Origin: an uncultured Acidobacteriota bacterium
Lineage (GTDB): Bacteria > Acidobacteriota > UBA6911
Assembly (NCBI GenBank): GCA_963827655.1
Contig: CAWHCF010000029.1
Span: forward strand, 160,001-224,000
DNA length: 64,000 bases
Direction of reading: 5' to 3'
The translations under genes were made by a program, and so were the position numbers. Of this stretch, positions 50,031-59,407 are shown piece after piece. The notes beneath the pieces were generated by a model, which did no database searches, was not told the DNA's origin, and saw only the letters and a program-made list of their open reading frames with translations. Each line of letters opens with the position of its first letter. Positions within the stretch are counted from its first letter, which is position 1.

Positions 50031-50064
50031 CCCCAGGCACGAGGACACGAAGAGACACCAGGAG
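50031..50064. repeat. Octamer-family arm (reverse orientation) between convergent ppdK and ino1
   Basis: CCCCAGGCACGAGGACACGAAGAGACACCAGGAG. Confidence 0.6.
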
Positions 50065-50068
50065 TCGA

Positions 50069-51385
50069 CTACTCGTAGTATTCCACCCCCAGGTGTGTGA
50101 TCTGCTCCTCGCCCCGCAGGTAACGCAGCGTATTTTTCAGCTTCATCAACTGAATGAAAAGATCGTGTTCCGGATAAAGCTCGGGAGCGCACATAGGGCT
50201 CTTGAAGTAAAATGAGAGCCATTCCTGAATTCCGCTCATGCCGCATCTTTGTGCAAGGTCGAGGAAGAGGACCAGATCGAGGACCAGAGGGGCGGCCAGG
50301 ATCGAATCGCGGCAAAGAAAATTAACTTTGATCTGCATCGGATAACCGAGCCAGCCGAAGATGTCGATGTTGTCCCAACCTTCCTTGTTGTCGCCGCGCG
50401 GGGGATAGTAGTTGATCTTGACCTGGTGATCGAAGTTGGAATAGAGCGCCGGATAGAGTTCCGGCTGCAGGATATGGTCCAGCGCTGAAAGTTTGCTCTC
50501 CTCCTTGGTCTTGAATGACTCCGGGTCATCCAGAACCTCCCCGTCTCTGTTTCCCAAGATATTGGTCGAGAACCACCCTTGCAGACCGAGGAGTCTCGAC
50601 TTGAGGGCAGGCGCCAGAATGGTTTTCAGCAGGGTCTGCCCGGTTTTGAAATCCTTCCCGGTTATGGGAACTCCTCGTTCCGAGGCGAGTGCTATCAAGG
50701 CTGGAATGTCGGCACTCAGGTTAGGCGCGCCATTAGCATAAGGAACGCCCGCCCGAATCGCGGCATACGCATAAATCATGCTGGGCGCTATGGCGGGATC
50801 ATTTTTCAGCAGACCCTTTTCGAAGCTGGCTAAAGTCTGGTGCACTGGCGCAGGGGTCATGAAGATTTCAGTGCTTCCGCACCAGACCATGACGATGCGG
50901 CTCAGATTGTTCGTCCGCTTGAACTCCGCAATATCCTCCTGGATTTGCTCGGCCAGTTCCATCTTGTTCCCGGCCTTTTTCACGTGAGTTCCATGCAGGC
51001 GCTTCACGTAGTGGTTGTCGAAAGCTGCAGGCCAGGGATGGATAGCCGATAGCGCAGGACGGACGGCCTCGAGGAGCGCGCTGTCGATGACTCCTGCCTT
51101 TATAGCCGCCTGATAAACATCGTCCGAAAAGATATCCCAACCTCCGAAGTGGAGATCCTCGAGCGAGGCAAGCGGAACGAATTCCTTGATGGCAGGGACA
51201 CGGCGCTCGGTGCGTTTTCCCAGCCGGATGGTTCCCATCTGGGTCAGCGACCCGACCGGCTGGGCAATTCCCTTCTTGATCGCCTGGACTCCGGCGATGA
51301 ACGTGGAACTCACGGCTCCCATTCCAGGCAAGACTACGCCCAGTGGACCCGAGGGGGGGGTAATCTTCACGTCCTTTGGAATCAT
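50069..51385 (-). CDS. ino1: myo-inositol-1-phosphate synthase
   Basis: GKDFKTGQT, NILGNRDG, GDNKEGWD, CRDSILAAPLVLDL, LSFYFKSP. Confidence 0.93.
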   Translation of the reverse strand: MIPKDVKITPPSGPLGVVLPGMGAVSSTFIAGVQAIKKGIAQPVGSLTQMGTIRLGKRTERRVPAIKEFVPLASLEDLHFGGWDIFSDDVYQAAIKAGVIDSALLEAVRPALSAIHPWPAAFDNHYVKRLHGTHVKKAGNKMELAEQIQEDIAEFKRTNNLSRIVMVWCGSTEIFMTPAPVHQTLASFEKGLLKNDPAIAPSMIYAYAAIRAGVPYANGAPNLSADIPALIALASERGVPITGKDFKTGQTLLKTILAPALKSRLLGLQGWFSTNILGNRDGEVLDDPESFKTKEESKLSALDHILQPELYPALYSNFDHQVKINYYPPRGDNKEGWDNIDIFGWLGYPMQIKVNFLCRDSILAAPLVLDLVLFLDLAQRCGMSGIQEWLSFYFKSPMCAPELYPEHDLFIQLMKLKNTLRYLRGEEQITHLGVEYYE

Positions 51386-51403
51386 TCGAATCTCCCTATG
51401 AAA

Positions 51404-51499
51404 AATTGGTGACAGGCTTACCCTTTTCCCAATTTCGCAAGCGGATTGTGTTGACGCTCTTCCTTAACGAAATTGGGAAAGGGTAGCCTGTCACCAATT
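51404..51499. repeat. 34/32-bp near-perfect inverted repeat with 30-bp spacer (REP/MITE-like)
   Basis: AATTGGTGACAGGCTTACCCTTTTCCCAATTTCG ... CGAAATTGGGAAAGGGTAGCCTGTCACCAATT. Confidence 0.9.
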
Positions 51500-52237
51500 A
51501 GATTGCCTCAGAAGCGGGTAAGACTTAAGCTTCTTCTCGATGTGCAATTCCAACAACCCTTGAGTCAGCCGCTCCAGGTCTCTACCCGACGGCGCTTCCC
51601 ACGGCAGGGCGGCAAATTGTTCGGGGGAAAGTTTCGACATCCTATGCAAGAGCTGCGCCGCCGCCGATCGAATATGCAAGCCGCTCCCGCGAGCGCAGGG
51701 GGAACACCGCACCTGGCCGGCTTCAAGCAAGGCAAAAAACCCCTCGTCTCTGACACCCCGTCCGCAGCTCGAACAATATTCATAATCGGGGAGCAGGCCA
51801 TTCAGTCTTAACGACCACAACTCGAAATAGCGAATCAAACCTTCCCCCGGCCCCACCTTGGACCCTGCTTCCAAGACCGACAGAAAGAGCCTGAAGAGCA
51901 ACTGATTGGGATAGTTCTCCTGACTTAGTTCGTGGACTAACTCGGCCAGGTAGCTGAAGGCATATACTCGCTCGAGGGACGGACTTCTGCCCAGGTAGGA
52001 ATGGATTGTCTCGCACTGCCGGACTCTGGCCAGGTCACCTCCCTCTTTCAGATAGAACCGCAGGTGAATGTGGTTCAAAGGCTCCAGGCACCCTCCCATG
52101 CGGCTCTTGAGACGTTTGGCTCCCTGAGCCACGGCCCGGATCTTGCCGTACTCGCGCGTGAAGAATACAACGATGCGATCGGCCTCCGACAGGGGATACT
52201 GGCGGAGGACCACTGCCTCCGATTCATGGTTGAGCAT
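51491..52237 (-). CDS. recO: DNA repair protein RecO
   Basis: EAVVLR....EADRIV.FFTREYGK..AVAQGA, CSSC..CSPC zinc finger; ATG at 52237. Confidence 0.92.
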   Translation of the reverse strand: MLNHESEAVVLRQYPLSEADRIVVFFTREYGKIRAVAQGAKRLKSRMGGCLEPLNHIHLRFYLKEGGDLARVRQCETIHSYLGRSPSLERVYAFSYLAELVHELSQENYPNQLLFRLFLSVLEAGSKVGPGEGLIRYFELWSLRLNGLLPDYEYCSSCGRGVRDEGFFALLEAGQVRCSPCARGSGLHIRSAAAQLLHRMSKLSPEQFAALPWEAPSGRDLERLTQGLLELHIEKKLKSYPLLRQSNW

Positions 52238-52844
52238 CGACGGGTGAAAATTCGAACTGAATTCTTTGACGGCTTTCGAGTCGAATACCCCGGGCGAAGA
52301 GTCTGGCTCCCCTGCTCCAACCATGCCCCGAGAACTGATCGACCTCCAGAAACACAAATCCCTGGTTAACTGCGGAAGCAGGGAGCAGTCCGCCTTTCAG
52401 GGTCACTCGCTCCAAATCTTCGCGTGTTTTGCGATCGGAATTCAGGCTGTAGAACCGAACGCCTCGACGCTCGTAGTAGCGCTCGAGAACTTGATCGACG
52501 CTCAGCCCGGAAAAAGTCTCACTCCCGCTCTGAAGTGTCCAGGTCAGATCGGAAAGGTCGATCGGTCCGGCTCGGGAGTTTTCGATTCTCACCCACATGG
52601 CGGCAATGCCAATTAACGGCAGTTCATCGTCGAACAGCTCCCAATAGCTTTCTCGACCCTCGATCGCGTGGGCTCCGAGCGTTACTCCCTCCCGGCTCGC
52701 CCTGAACGTCGGTCTGGAGCCTGCAGGCGCGTTCACCGGGATCTTGAGGCTGGCGCAAGAGGCAAGAAAGATGCAGAGAGGCCAGGCGGACAGCAGGAGG
52801 CTCCACCGCAGCAGTCCCCTATTTCCTGGGGCAGCCATGATCAA
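52224..52844 (-). CDS. Hypothetical lipoprotein
   Basis: Signal with LASC lipobox; overlaps pssA (ATGA) and recO. Confidence 0.65.
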   Translation of the reverse strand: MIMAAPGNRGLLRWSLLLSAWPLCIFLASCASLKIPVNAPAGSRPTFRASREGVTLGAHAIEGRESYWELFDDELPLIGIAAMWVRIENSRAGPIDLSDLTWTLQSGSETFSGLSVDQVLERYYERRGVRFYSLNSDRKTREDLERVTLKGGLLPASAVNQGFVFLEVDQFSGHGWSRGARLFARGIRLESRQRIQFEFSPVDAQP

Positions 52845-53635
52845 TGGTGTTCCAGCGGATCGGTAAGGGGGATCTCCTGGCTCGGTCTCTTGTGGCGCAC
52901 CAGGGAGACCAGGCGCTGAACCATTCCAGAGAGTACATAGGCCACTGCAATTGCGAGCAGCGTCGATCTCGAGTAGTTATAGATCAGGGCGACGAGCAGC
53001 GCGATGACCAGGATGGTGAGATGCGACTTTCGTCCCAGGGTAAGGCCTTTGAGGCTGGAATAACGAACCGTGCTCACCATGAGGAAGGCCAGCATGAAAA
53101 CCGTTCCCATCAGAAGGCTGGCGCCGATCGGGTTTTTTACCGGCTCGACGAAAAAATGCACGATCGCCGCGATGGTGCCGCCGCCGGCCGGAGTCGGCAG
53201 CCCGACAAAATGCTTCAAGTGACCTGCCTGGACATTGAATCGCGCCAGGCGCATGGCGCCGCATATCGTGAAGGTGAATGCGGCGATCCAGCCCAGGCGA
53301 TGGTTCAAGGTGGAGAATCCCCACACCAGCGCCAGGATGGAAGGCGCAATCACAAACGAGATCACGTCAGCCAGCGAATCGAGTTGAAGCCCAAAGCCGG
53401 TTGCGGAGTTGGTGAGGCGCGCGATGCGGCCGTCCAACAGATCGAGGATCGTGGCAATGCCGATCGCTTGCGCGGCCTGGTCATAGTCGCCGCGCATGGT
53501 CGCTATGATTGCGAAGTAACCACAGAAGATGTTTCCGACCGTGAACAGACTGGGAAGTATGAAGACGCTTCGGCCCAGACGGCGCCGGCGCGGCGCTGTA
53601 AGCTCTTCGTTCAAGTCGGGAAGGGTTTCATTCAT
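52841..53635 (-). CDS. pssA: CDP-diacylglycerol-serine O-phosphatidyltransferase
   Basis: LPSLFTVGN, DLLDGRIAR...G..LDSLAD..SF, RLARFN, FVGLP.P; adjacent to psd. Confidence 0.93.
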   Translation of the reverse strand: MNETLPDLNEELTAPRRRRLGRSVFILPSLFTVGNIFCGYFAIIATMRGDYDQAAQAIGIATILDLLDGRIARLTNSATGFGLQLDSLADVISFVIAPSILALVWGFSTLNHRLGWIAAFTFTICGAMRLARFNVQAGHLKHFVGLPTPAGGGTIAAIVHFFVEPVKNPIGASLLMGTVFMLAFLMVSTVRYSSLKGLTLGRKSHLTILVIALLVALIYNYSRSTLLAIAVAYVLSGMVQRLVSLVRHKRPSQEIPLTDPLEHH

Positions 53636-54249
53636 ACCCAGGATCCGAGGATGGAACTTCCTCCTTTGACAAGATCACCAACCTGGACCAGCACTTTGAC
53701 CTGGGGAGGAACAACAATGTCTACCCTGGAACCGAAGCGAATGAGGCCGATCAGTTCGCCGCGCTTTAAGGGATTTCCAGGACTTTTCCAGCATACCACG
53801 CGACGCGCGATGAACCCAGCGATCTGTTTGACAGTTACCTGGAAGGCATCACCCTGTATCCGCAATACGTTCTGCTCGTTTACGCGAGAAGCTTCTTCTT
53901 TCAGCGCTACCTTGAAGCGTCCGCGCCTGTACTCGAGATCTTCGAGTTGCCCGTCAATAGGAGAGCGATTTACATGGACGTCGTAGATCCTCAGGAAAAT
54001 ACTGATGGCGTGCCCTTGAGGCCGTCCGTCCTCGTCCGAGAATGGAGAAATCTTAACCACCTTGCCGTCGGCAGGTGAGACTATGAGATTGTCTCCCGAG
54101 GGAATCTCGCGCTCCGGGTTTCGAAAGAAGTAACACACGAACCCTCCTAGAAGCACGAATACAAGGGCCAGTGTGGGAAGGTTCAAAAATGCGAGGATTG
54201 CGGCAATTCCAAGGATGGGAAACAGGAAACGATAGGCGTCGCTTAGCAT
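53632..54249 (-). CDS. psd: Phosphatidylserine decarboxylase proenzyme
   Basis: FFRNPER, SPADGKV, DVHVNRSP, RFGSRVD self-cleavage motif. Confidence 0.93.
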   Translation of the reverse strand: MLSDAYRFLFPILGIAAILAFLNLPTLALVFVLLGGFVCYFFRNPEREIPSGDNLIVSPADGKVVKISPFSDEDGRPQGHAISIFLRIYDVHVNRSPIDGQLEDLEYRRGRFKVALKEEASRVNEQNVLRIQGDAFQVTVKQIAGFIARRVVCWKSPGNPLKRGELIGLIRFGSRVDIVVPPQVKVLVQVGDLVKGGSSILGSWV

Positions 54250-54327
54250 GCAGGAATAGAATGCATCGGATTCTGATGCCTGTCTACAACCGACAGGCAG
54301 GATCTCCGGAAAACGACGTTCAGGGGA

Positions 54328-54573
54328 TCAGGCGCGCTCCATCAATTCGCGCTGGTATTTCTGGACAATGGAATACATCTGGTCCTTAAGCAGCAGCTTC
54401 TTCTTCTTCAGTCTGATTTCTTGAATTCTCTCCTCCTCGCTGAGGTGCGCGCGTCCATTCAACTGATCCAGTTGCTGTGAATAGGCCTGGTGTTCAGTTG
54501 CCAGCCGCCGGAACTCCTCGTTGTTTGCCATCAACTGCTCTCTCACCTCCGCTTCGCCAATAACAGTGCTCAT
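54328..54573 (-). CDS. DUF465/YdcH-like small coiled-coil protein
   Basis: EFRRL..EH....LD...E..LKKKKL.LKD; SD AAGGAG. Confidence 0.78.
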   Translation of the reverse strand: MSTVIGEAEVREQLMANNEEFRRLATEHQAYSQQLDQLNGRAHLSEEERIQEIRLKKKKLLLKDQMYSIVQKYQRELMERA

Positions 54574-54721
54574 GGGCAAAGACTCCTTCCTGGTAGAGTT
54601 ATTGAATACCGAGCTTTTATATATGTCCACGGGGTACAAGAATCAGACGTTGCCGCGCAGGACCCACACTGACACGGCGCAGGCCGTGCTCATCCATCTT
54701 CTTCTTTTTTTTCATAGATTC

Positions 54722-55831
54722 TCATCCGGGTGAGATCTTCAGCTTTCTGCGTTCTTCAAATCGTTCGAGGCCGAACTTCACCAGGCGGCGAACCAGTTCC
54801 TCAAAAGGAACAGCGTCGGCTGCCCACAGCTTCGCATACATGCTGATGGGAGTAAAGCCGGGCATGGTGTTGATCTCGTTGATCCAGATCTTCCTCGTGG
54901 CGCGCTCCATGAAGAAATCGACTCGAGCGAGTCCGGAGCCCTCGATGCAGCGAAACGCCTTCGAGGCCAGAAGACGAATCTGTTCGGACTCTTCCTGAGT
55001 TATGCGAGCGGGTATCTCTAACCGGCTGGCAGGGTCATGATACTTGGCCTCGTAATCGTAAAACTCGCGCGATGGGATTACCTCGCCCACAAGCGACGCC
55101 TGAGGATCGTCATTGCCTAGAACAGCGCACTCGAGTTCCCGGCAGTCGATTCCCTTCTCGACCAGGACCTTTCGATCGAACTGCGCCGAGTAAGCGACAG
55201 ACTTCAGGAGCTCTTTTTCGGAATGGATCTTACACACACCTACCGAGGAGCCAAGGTTTGCCGGCTTGGAGAACACCGGATACCCCAGGTGATCTCGGAC
55301 GAGCTTCTTCAGGGGGCGAATGCTCTTGGGCAAGTCGCGCGCCTTCACCGCCAGATACGGAAGGACCGGCAGCCCTTCCTGAATGAACAGGCGCTTCATG
55401 ACCTCCTTGTCCATCCCGACGGCCGATGCCAGGACACCGCAGCCTATATACGGCACGCCGGCCGTCTCCAGTAATCCCTGGATGGTGCCATCCTCGCCAT
55501 AAGGGCCATGAAGCAGGGGAAAGATAATGTCCGGGTGCGGATGTGAGGAGTTCGAGTTGCGCGCCAGAGCCGAGGTAAGCCGCATTCCTGAATCGGGCGC
55601 TACCAGCGAGGTATCGGTATCGACACGGCCGGACAGGTGGGCTGGAAGCATTCGCCGGACTTCCGATTTCGTCGCGATCCTTCCTTTTTTGGTGATGCCG
55701 ATAGCCGTAATCTCGAACTCGGCCGGATCGAGCGCCGCAATGACCGAAGCTGCGGAGGTTAAGGAGACTTCGTGTTCGCCCGATCTTCCACCGAACAGTA
55801 TTCCAAGCCTAATCTTTTGCTTTCTTGCCAT
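54722..55831 (-). CDS. ddl: D-alanine--D-alanine ligase
   Basis: [48 protein letters not shown]. Confidence 0.97.
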   Translation of the reverse strand: MARKQKIRLGILFGGRSGEHEVSLTSAASVIAALDPAEFEITAIGITKKGRIATKSEVRRMLPAHLSGRVDTDTSLVAPDSGMRLTSALARNSNSSHPHPDIIFPLLHGPYGEDGTIQGLLETAGVPYIGCGVLASAVGMDKEVMKRLFIQEGLPVLPYLAVKARDLPKSIRPLKKLVRDHLGYPVFSKPANLGSSVGVCKIHSEKELLKSVAYSAQFDRKVLVEKGIDCRELECAVLGNDDPQASLVGEVIPSREFYDYEAKYHDPASRLEIPARITQEESEQIRLLASKAFRCIEGSGLARVDFFMERATRKIWINEINTMPGFTPISMYAKLWAADAVPFEELVRRLVKFGLERFEERRKLKISPG

Positions 55832-56794
55832 TCCCGTCGCCTTCGGGGCGAAGCTCGCTCTCGTGGTGCTGATATGCTTTGATGATCAGACGCACGAGGT
55901 GGTGTCGTACTACGTCGTGTTCGTTGAAGTGGCAAAAGGCAAGACCGGAGACGGATCCCAGTATGTTGCGAGCCTCGACCAGGCCTGAACCCGGCCGAGA
56001 GGCAGATCAATTTGCGTGACATCGCCTGTGATCACAGCCTTCGAGTGAAGACCGATGCGCGTCAGGAACATTTTCATCTGTTCTGACGTCGTGTTCTGGG
56101 CCTCGTCCAGAATGATAAACGCGTCATTCAGGGTTCGTCCGCGCATGAAGGCCAGCGGCGCGATCTCGATGATCCCGTTCTCGATGAAGCGTTTGATCTT
56201 TTCTCCTTCCATCAGGATGTACAATGCATCGTAAAGCGGGCGCAGATACGGATTGATTTTTTCCTCGATGTCTCCCGGTAGAAAGCCCAGGCGTTCCCCG
56301 GCTTCCACCGCGGGTCGGGTGAGAATGATTCGGGACACGCTCTTTTCCAGGAGATACGTCAGCGCCATCGCCATTGCCAGGAAGGTCTTCCCTGTCCCGC
56401 CGGGCCCGATGCCAAACACGATGTCATTCTTGCGGATGGCCTCGATGTACCGGCGCTGGTTCAGGCTCTTGGGAGTGACTTGCCTCTTGCCGTTGGTCAG
56501 GAGCTGCATCTTGGGAAAGAAATCGTGCAGCGAGAGGGCGGCGTCTTCGGCAATCTGTTTGAAGGCGGATTTTAGATCGCCGTTCGTGATCGAGTGTCCC
56601 TTATCGACCAGTGTGGAAAAGTCGATCAGAATTCTCTCGAGCGCTGCGACGTTCGCTTCCTCACCGTCGATAATGAGAGAAGAGTCGCGGGTTTGTATCG
56701 TGACGTTAAAGAGGTTTTCAAGGAATCGAATGTTTTCGTCTAGGGGACCAAAGAGCAATTGCAGGCTGCGATCAGAAAGGAGAACTTTTCTCAT
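55809..56794 (-). CDS. phoH: PhoH family ATPase (one base missing near 55990)
   Basis: [36 protein letters not shown]. Adding one base restores SGLVEA...DVVRH.LV..II.AY, ending at TAG 55809. Confidence 0.92.
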
Positions 56795-56948
56795 TTAAGG
56801 CTGGGTTGTAACCTCCTCGTCAAGAAAGAATGTGTTGTGATCCTGGATTTTTGACGCTTGCCGGCAGGTAAAGCTTCAACGAGTCGTCTCCATCTAGAAT
56901 TGGAATTTTAAGTTTCGGCCAGGGGCAAGTCAATGTCAAAAATTCAGT

Positions 56949-56977
56949 TTGACTTTTTGGGTAAACGTTTGTATCCT
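56949..56977 (+). promoter_or_regulatory. sigma70 promoter for rpsT
   Basis: TTGACT-17 nt-TATCCT. Confidence 0.55.
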
Positions 56978-57131
56978 AACGGTTTTTCTAGCCTGGGCCG
57001 GTGCGCCCGGCGATCATCAGGCGACTTCATCGTTCCCTTCGAGTCCGAGTGGTTTGTGCGCACCACCAAACACCCCGGCCGAACAAGAATAACCGCTCGA
57101 AGAATGAGCTTAACTGTAGGAGCGTTCCATC

Positions 57132-57413
57132 GTGGCAAACCATCCATCTGCCCTGAAGGCACATCGGCAGAGCCTGGCGCGAAAGCGCAGGAACAAGAGC
57201 AACCGAAGCCAGTTGCGCACGGCCCTCAAGAAGTTTTCGGCGCAGGCGAAGACTGGTAAGACTGACCAGGCTGCGGGCTCCATCGCCTCGCTGTACTCGA
57301 TCGTAGACAAGGGAGTGAGGAAAGGGGTATTGAGCAAGAACGCCGCGGCACGACAAAAGTCGCGTCTCACGCGCCGTCTGAACCGGGCTGCGACAGAAGC
57401 CAAAAAAGCATAG
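57132..57413 (+). CDS. rpsT: 30S ribosomal protein S20
   Basis: MANHPSALKAHRQS...N...S.LRT..KK...DK...KG...KNAAARQKSRL. Confidence 0.96.
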   Translation: MANHPSALKAHRQSLARKRRNKSNRSQLRTALKKFSAQAKTGKTDQAAGSIASLYSIVDKGVRKGVLSKNAAARQKSRLTRRLNRAATEAKKA

Positions 57414-58299
57414 CCTTCTGGGTGTGCAAGCGGTTTTCGGCCTGGTCGAATACGATCGAACCGCTGGAGTCCATGACTTCGGCTGCGACTTCGTCACCGC
57501 GATGGGCGGGAAGGCAGTGCATGAAGACCGCATCCGATTTTGCCTGGTGAAACAAGGGAGTCGAAACCTGGTACTCTTGAAAAATCAGCCGGCGCTTCTG
57601 CTCTTCGGCCTCTTGCCCCATTGAAGTCCAGACATCGGTATAGACCGCATCGGCGCCACGGACGGCCTGTGAGGGCTTACGGACCACCTCTATCCTGGCC
57701 TTCGTCTTGCGCGCGGCTTTCCTCGCCTCCTTTATGACTTCCGGATCCGGCTCATACCCGTCGGGACAGGCAATCGAGAAATAAGCTCCGAGCTTGGCGG
57801 CTCCCTCGATCAGAGAGTTGGCGACGTTGTTTCCATCGCCCACATACGCCAGCTTCAATCCCCTCAGATCTCTTTTTTTCTCCAGCAGCGTGAAGTAGTC
57901 GGCTATCGCCTGGCACGGATGGAAGCGGTCACTGAGTCCATTGATCACCGGAACAGAGCCACAGCGCGCCATCTCTTCAACATCCTCCTGAGCATAGACT
58001 CGCGCGACCATGCTATCGACAAAGCGGGACAGGACTCGTGCCGTGTCGCCAACGGTTTCGCCACGTCCAAGCTGGAGATCATTGGGCGCAAGATAGAGCG
58101 AGTTTCCCCCCATCTGATAGATGCCGGTTTCAAAGGACACGCGCGTCCGCGTTGAGGGCTTCTGGAAGATCATGGCGACGGTCTTCCCGCGTAGAACGCT
58201 GGCGTATCGCGCAGGGCGGGCCTTGATCCGGGCGGCTACCCTGAAGATATCCTGAATATCGCGAGTGCTTAACTCTGCCAGTGAAAGCAGGTGCCGCAT
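57367..58299 (-). CDS. argF: Ornithine carbamoyltransferase
   Basis: KPSTRTRVSFE, HPCQ, GDGNNV, TDVWTSMGQE, FMHCLPAHRG, QAENRLH. Confidence 0.96.
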   Translation of the reverse strand: MRHLLSLAELSTRDIQDIFRVAARIKARPARYASVLRGKTVAMIFQKPSTRTRVSFETGIYQMGGNSLYLAPNDLQLGRGETVGDTARVLSRFVDSMVARVYAQEDVEEMARCGSVPVINGLSDRFHPCQAIADYFTLLEKKRDLRGLKLAYVGDGNNVANSLIEGAAKLGAYFSIACPDGYEPDPEVIKEARKAARKTKARIEVVRKPSQAVRGADAVYTDVWTSMGQEAEEQKRRLIFQEYQVSTPLFHQAKSDAVFMHCLPAHRGDEVAAEVMDSSGSIVFDQAENRLHTQKAMLFWLLSQPGSDGA

Positions 58300-58344
58300 G
58301 AACTCCTCCGTGGCTGTGGGCGATTTCTCTTCGACTCCGCCTGG

Positions 58345-59337
58345 CTACAATGCGCAGATCAAGTGTTCAAAGATGAGGCGTTTTTCGACGCCGGAAGATT
58401 TCAGTTTAAAGTCAGCGCTTGCCAGACCAGCATACATTCTTTCAGCCACGCGCTCATCGATCGCGCGAGCCTGACGAATAAACCCGTCCAGTGCGTAGGG
58501 GTGGATTTGAGCGGCCGTGCCGATCTCGCGCGAGTTGCGGCCTTGATTCAGAAGTTCCTTGGCAATCAGGATTTGTCGAAAATGCCGGGCCAGCATCGCC
58601 GTTATGTACTGAGCGTTTTCGCCGGAAGCCAGAAGATTTCCCAGCAGCCGCAGGGCCTTCTTGCGGTCTCGCCTTCCCAGGGCGTCGGTCAGTTCGAAGA
58701 TGCTGTGATGACGGCTGGCGCCAATGGAATCATCGACAGCGGAATCGGGTATGGTCTTCTGATCCGCGCAGTAGATCAGCAGTTTCTCAGTCTCGTTTGC
58801 CAGCGACTGAAGATCGGAGCCGGCCAGGTCCACCAATTTCCTGATCGACTCGGATGAGATTCGGTATCCGCGGGTGCGAATCAAGTCTTGCGCCCACCGT
58901 TCGAGCGCGAAACCCTTGAGCTTGGGAAACTCCACGACGCAGGTTTTCTCTTCCAGAGTTTTATAGAAGCTTGTCCGCTGATCCAGGTTTTCGGCAACCA
59001 GAACCAGCACACTCCGGTCGGAGGGTCGGCGGACATAAGCCCCGAGGCGTTCCTGCTCGGGCTTATCCAGGGCGTCAATCTCGCTGACGACGACCATTCG
59101 CCTGGGTGCCATCATCGGGAATGTATTCAGAATATCCAGGCTCTCCCCTAAGGACCCGCTGGTGGCCGCGAACTCGGCGTAATTGAACACGACCGCTTCA
59201 GACGTGAGAGTAGCTTCTTTCAGTAGCTTGAGGGCGCGATTGCGCAAATACTCTTCGGGTCCCAGCAGAAGATAGACCGGACGCACTTGCTTTCGTCGCA
59301 ATTCTGTTTCCAGCTCATCTGGCGTCATGAGACTCAT
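58345..59337 (-). CDS. holA: DNA polymerase III delta subunit
   Basis: PVYLLLGPEEYL, PMMAPRRMVVV, ETEKL, IFELTDAL, D..LKS; lptE-holA synteny. Confidence 0.9.
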   Translation of the reverse strand: MSLMTPDELETELRRKQVRPVYLLLGPEEYLRNRALKLLKEATLTSEAVVFNYAEFAATSGSLGESLDILNTFPMMAPRRMVVVSEIDALDKPEQERLGAYVRRPSDRSVLVLVAENLDQRTSFYKTLEEKTCVVEFPKLKGFALERWAQDLIRTRGYRISSESIRKLVDLAGSDLQSLANETEKLLIYCADQKTIPDSAVDDSIGASRHHSIFELTDALGRRDRKKALRLLGNLLASGENAQYITAMLARHFRQILIAKELLNQGRNSREIGTAAQIHPYALDGFIRQARAIDERVAERMYAGLASADFKLKSSGVEKRLIFEHLICAL

Positions 59338-59342
59338 TGTTT

Positions 59343-59407
59343 GACTCTTCGTCTCTTGGTGGTTAGCGCCAACAGCAGAAGCTAACGCTGGAACGCGAAT
59401 ACCAAGG
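59343..59407. repeat. Degenerate octamer-family element
   Basis: GACTCTTCGTCTCTTGGTGGTTAGC ... GCTAAC ... CGCGAATACCAAGG. Confidence 0.55.

Noticed and set aside
55759-56022. PhoH-Ddl fusion after frameshift correction
   Set aside because: The corrected PhoH frame stops at TAG 55809-55811; ddl is in a different frame.
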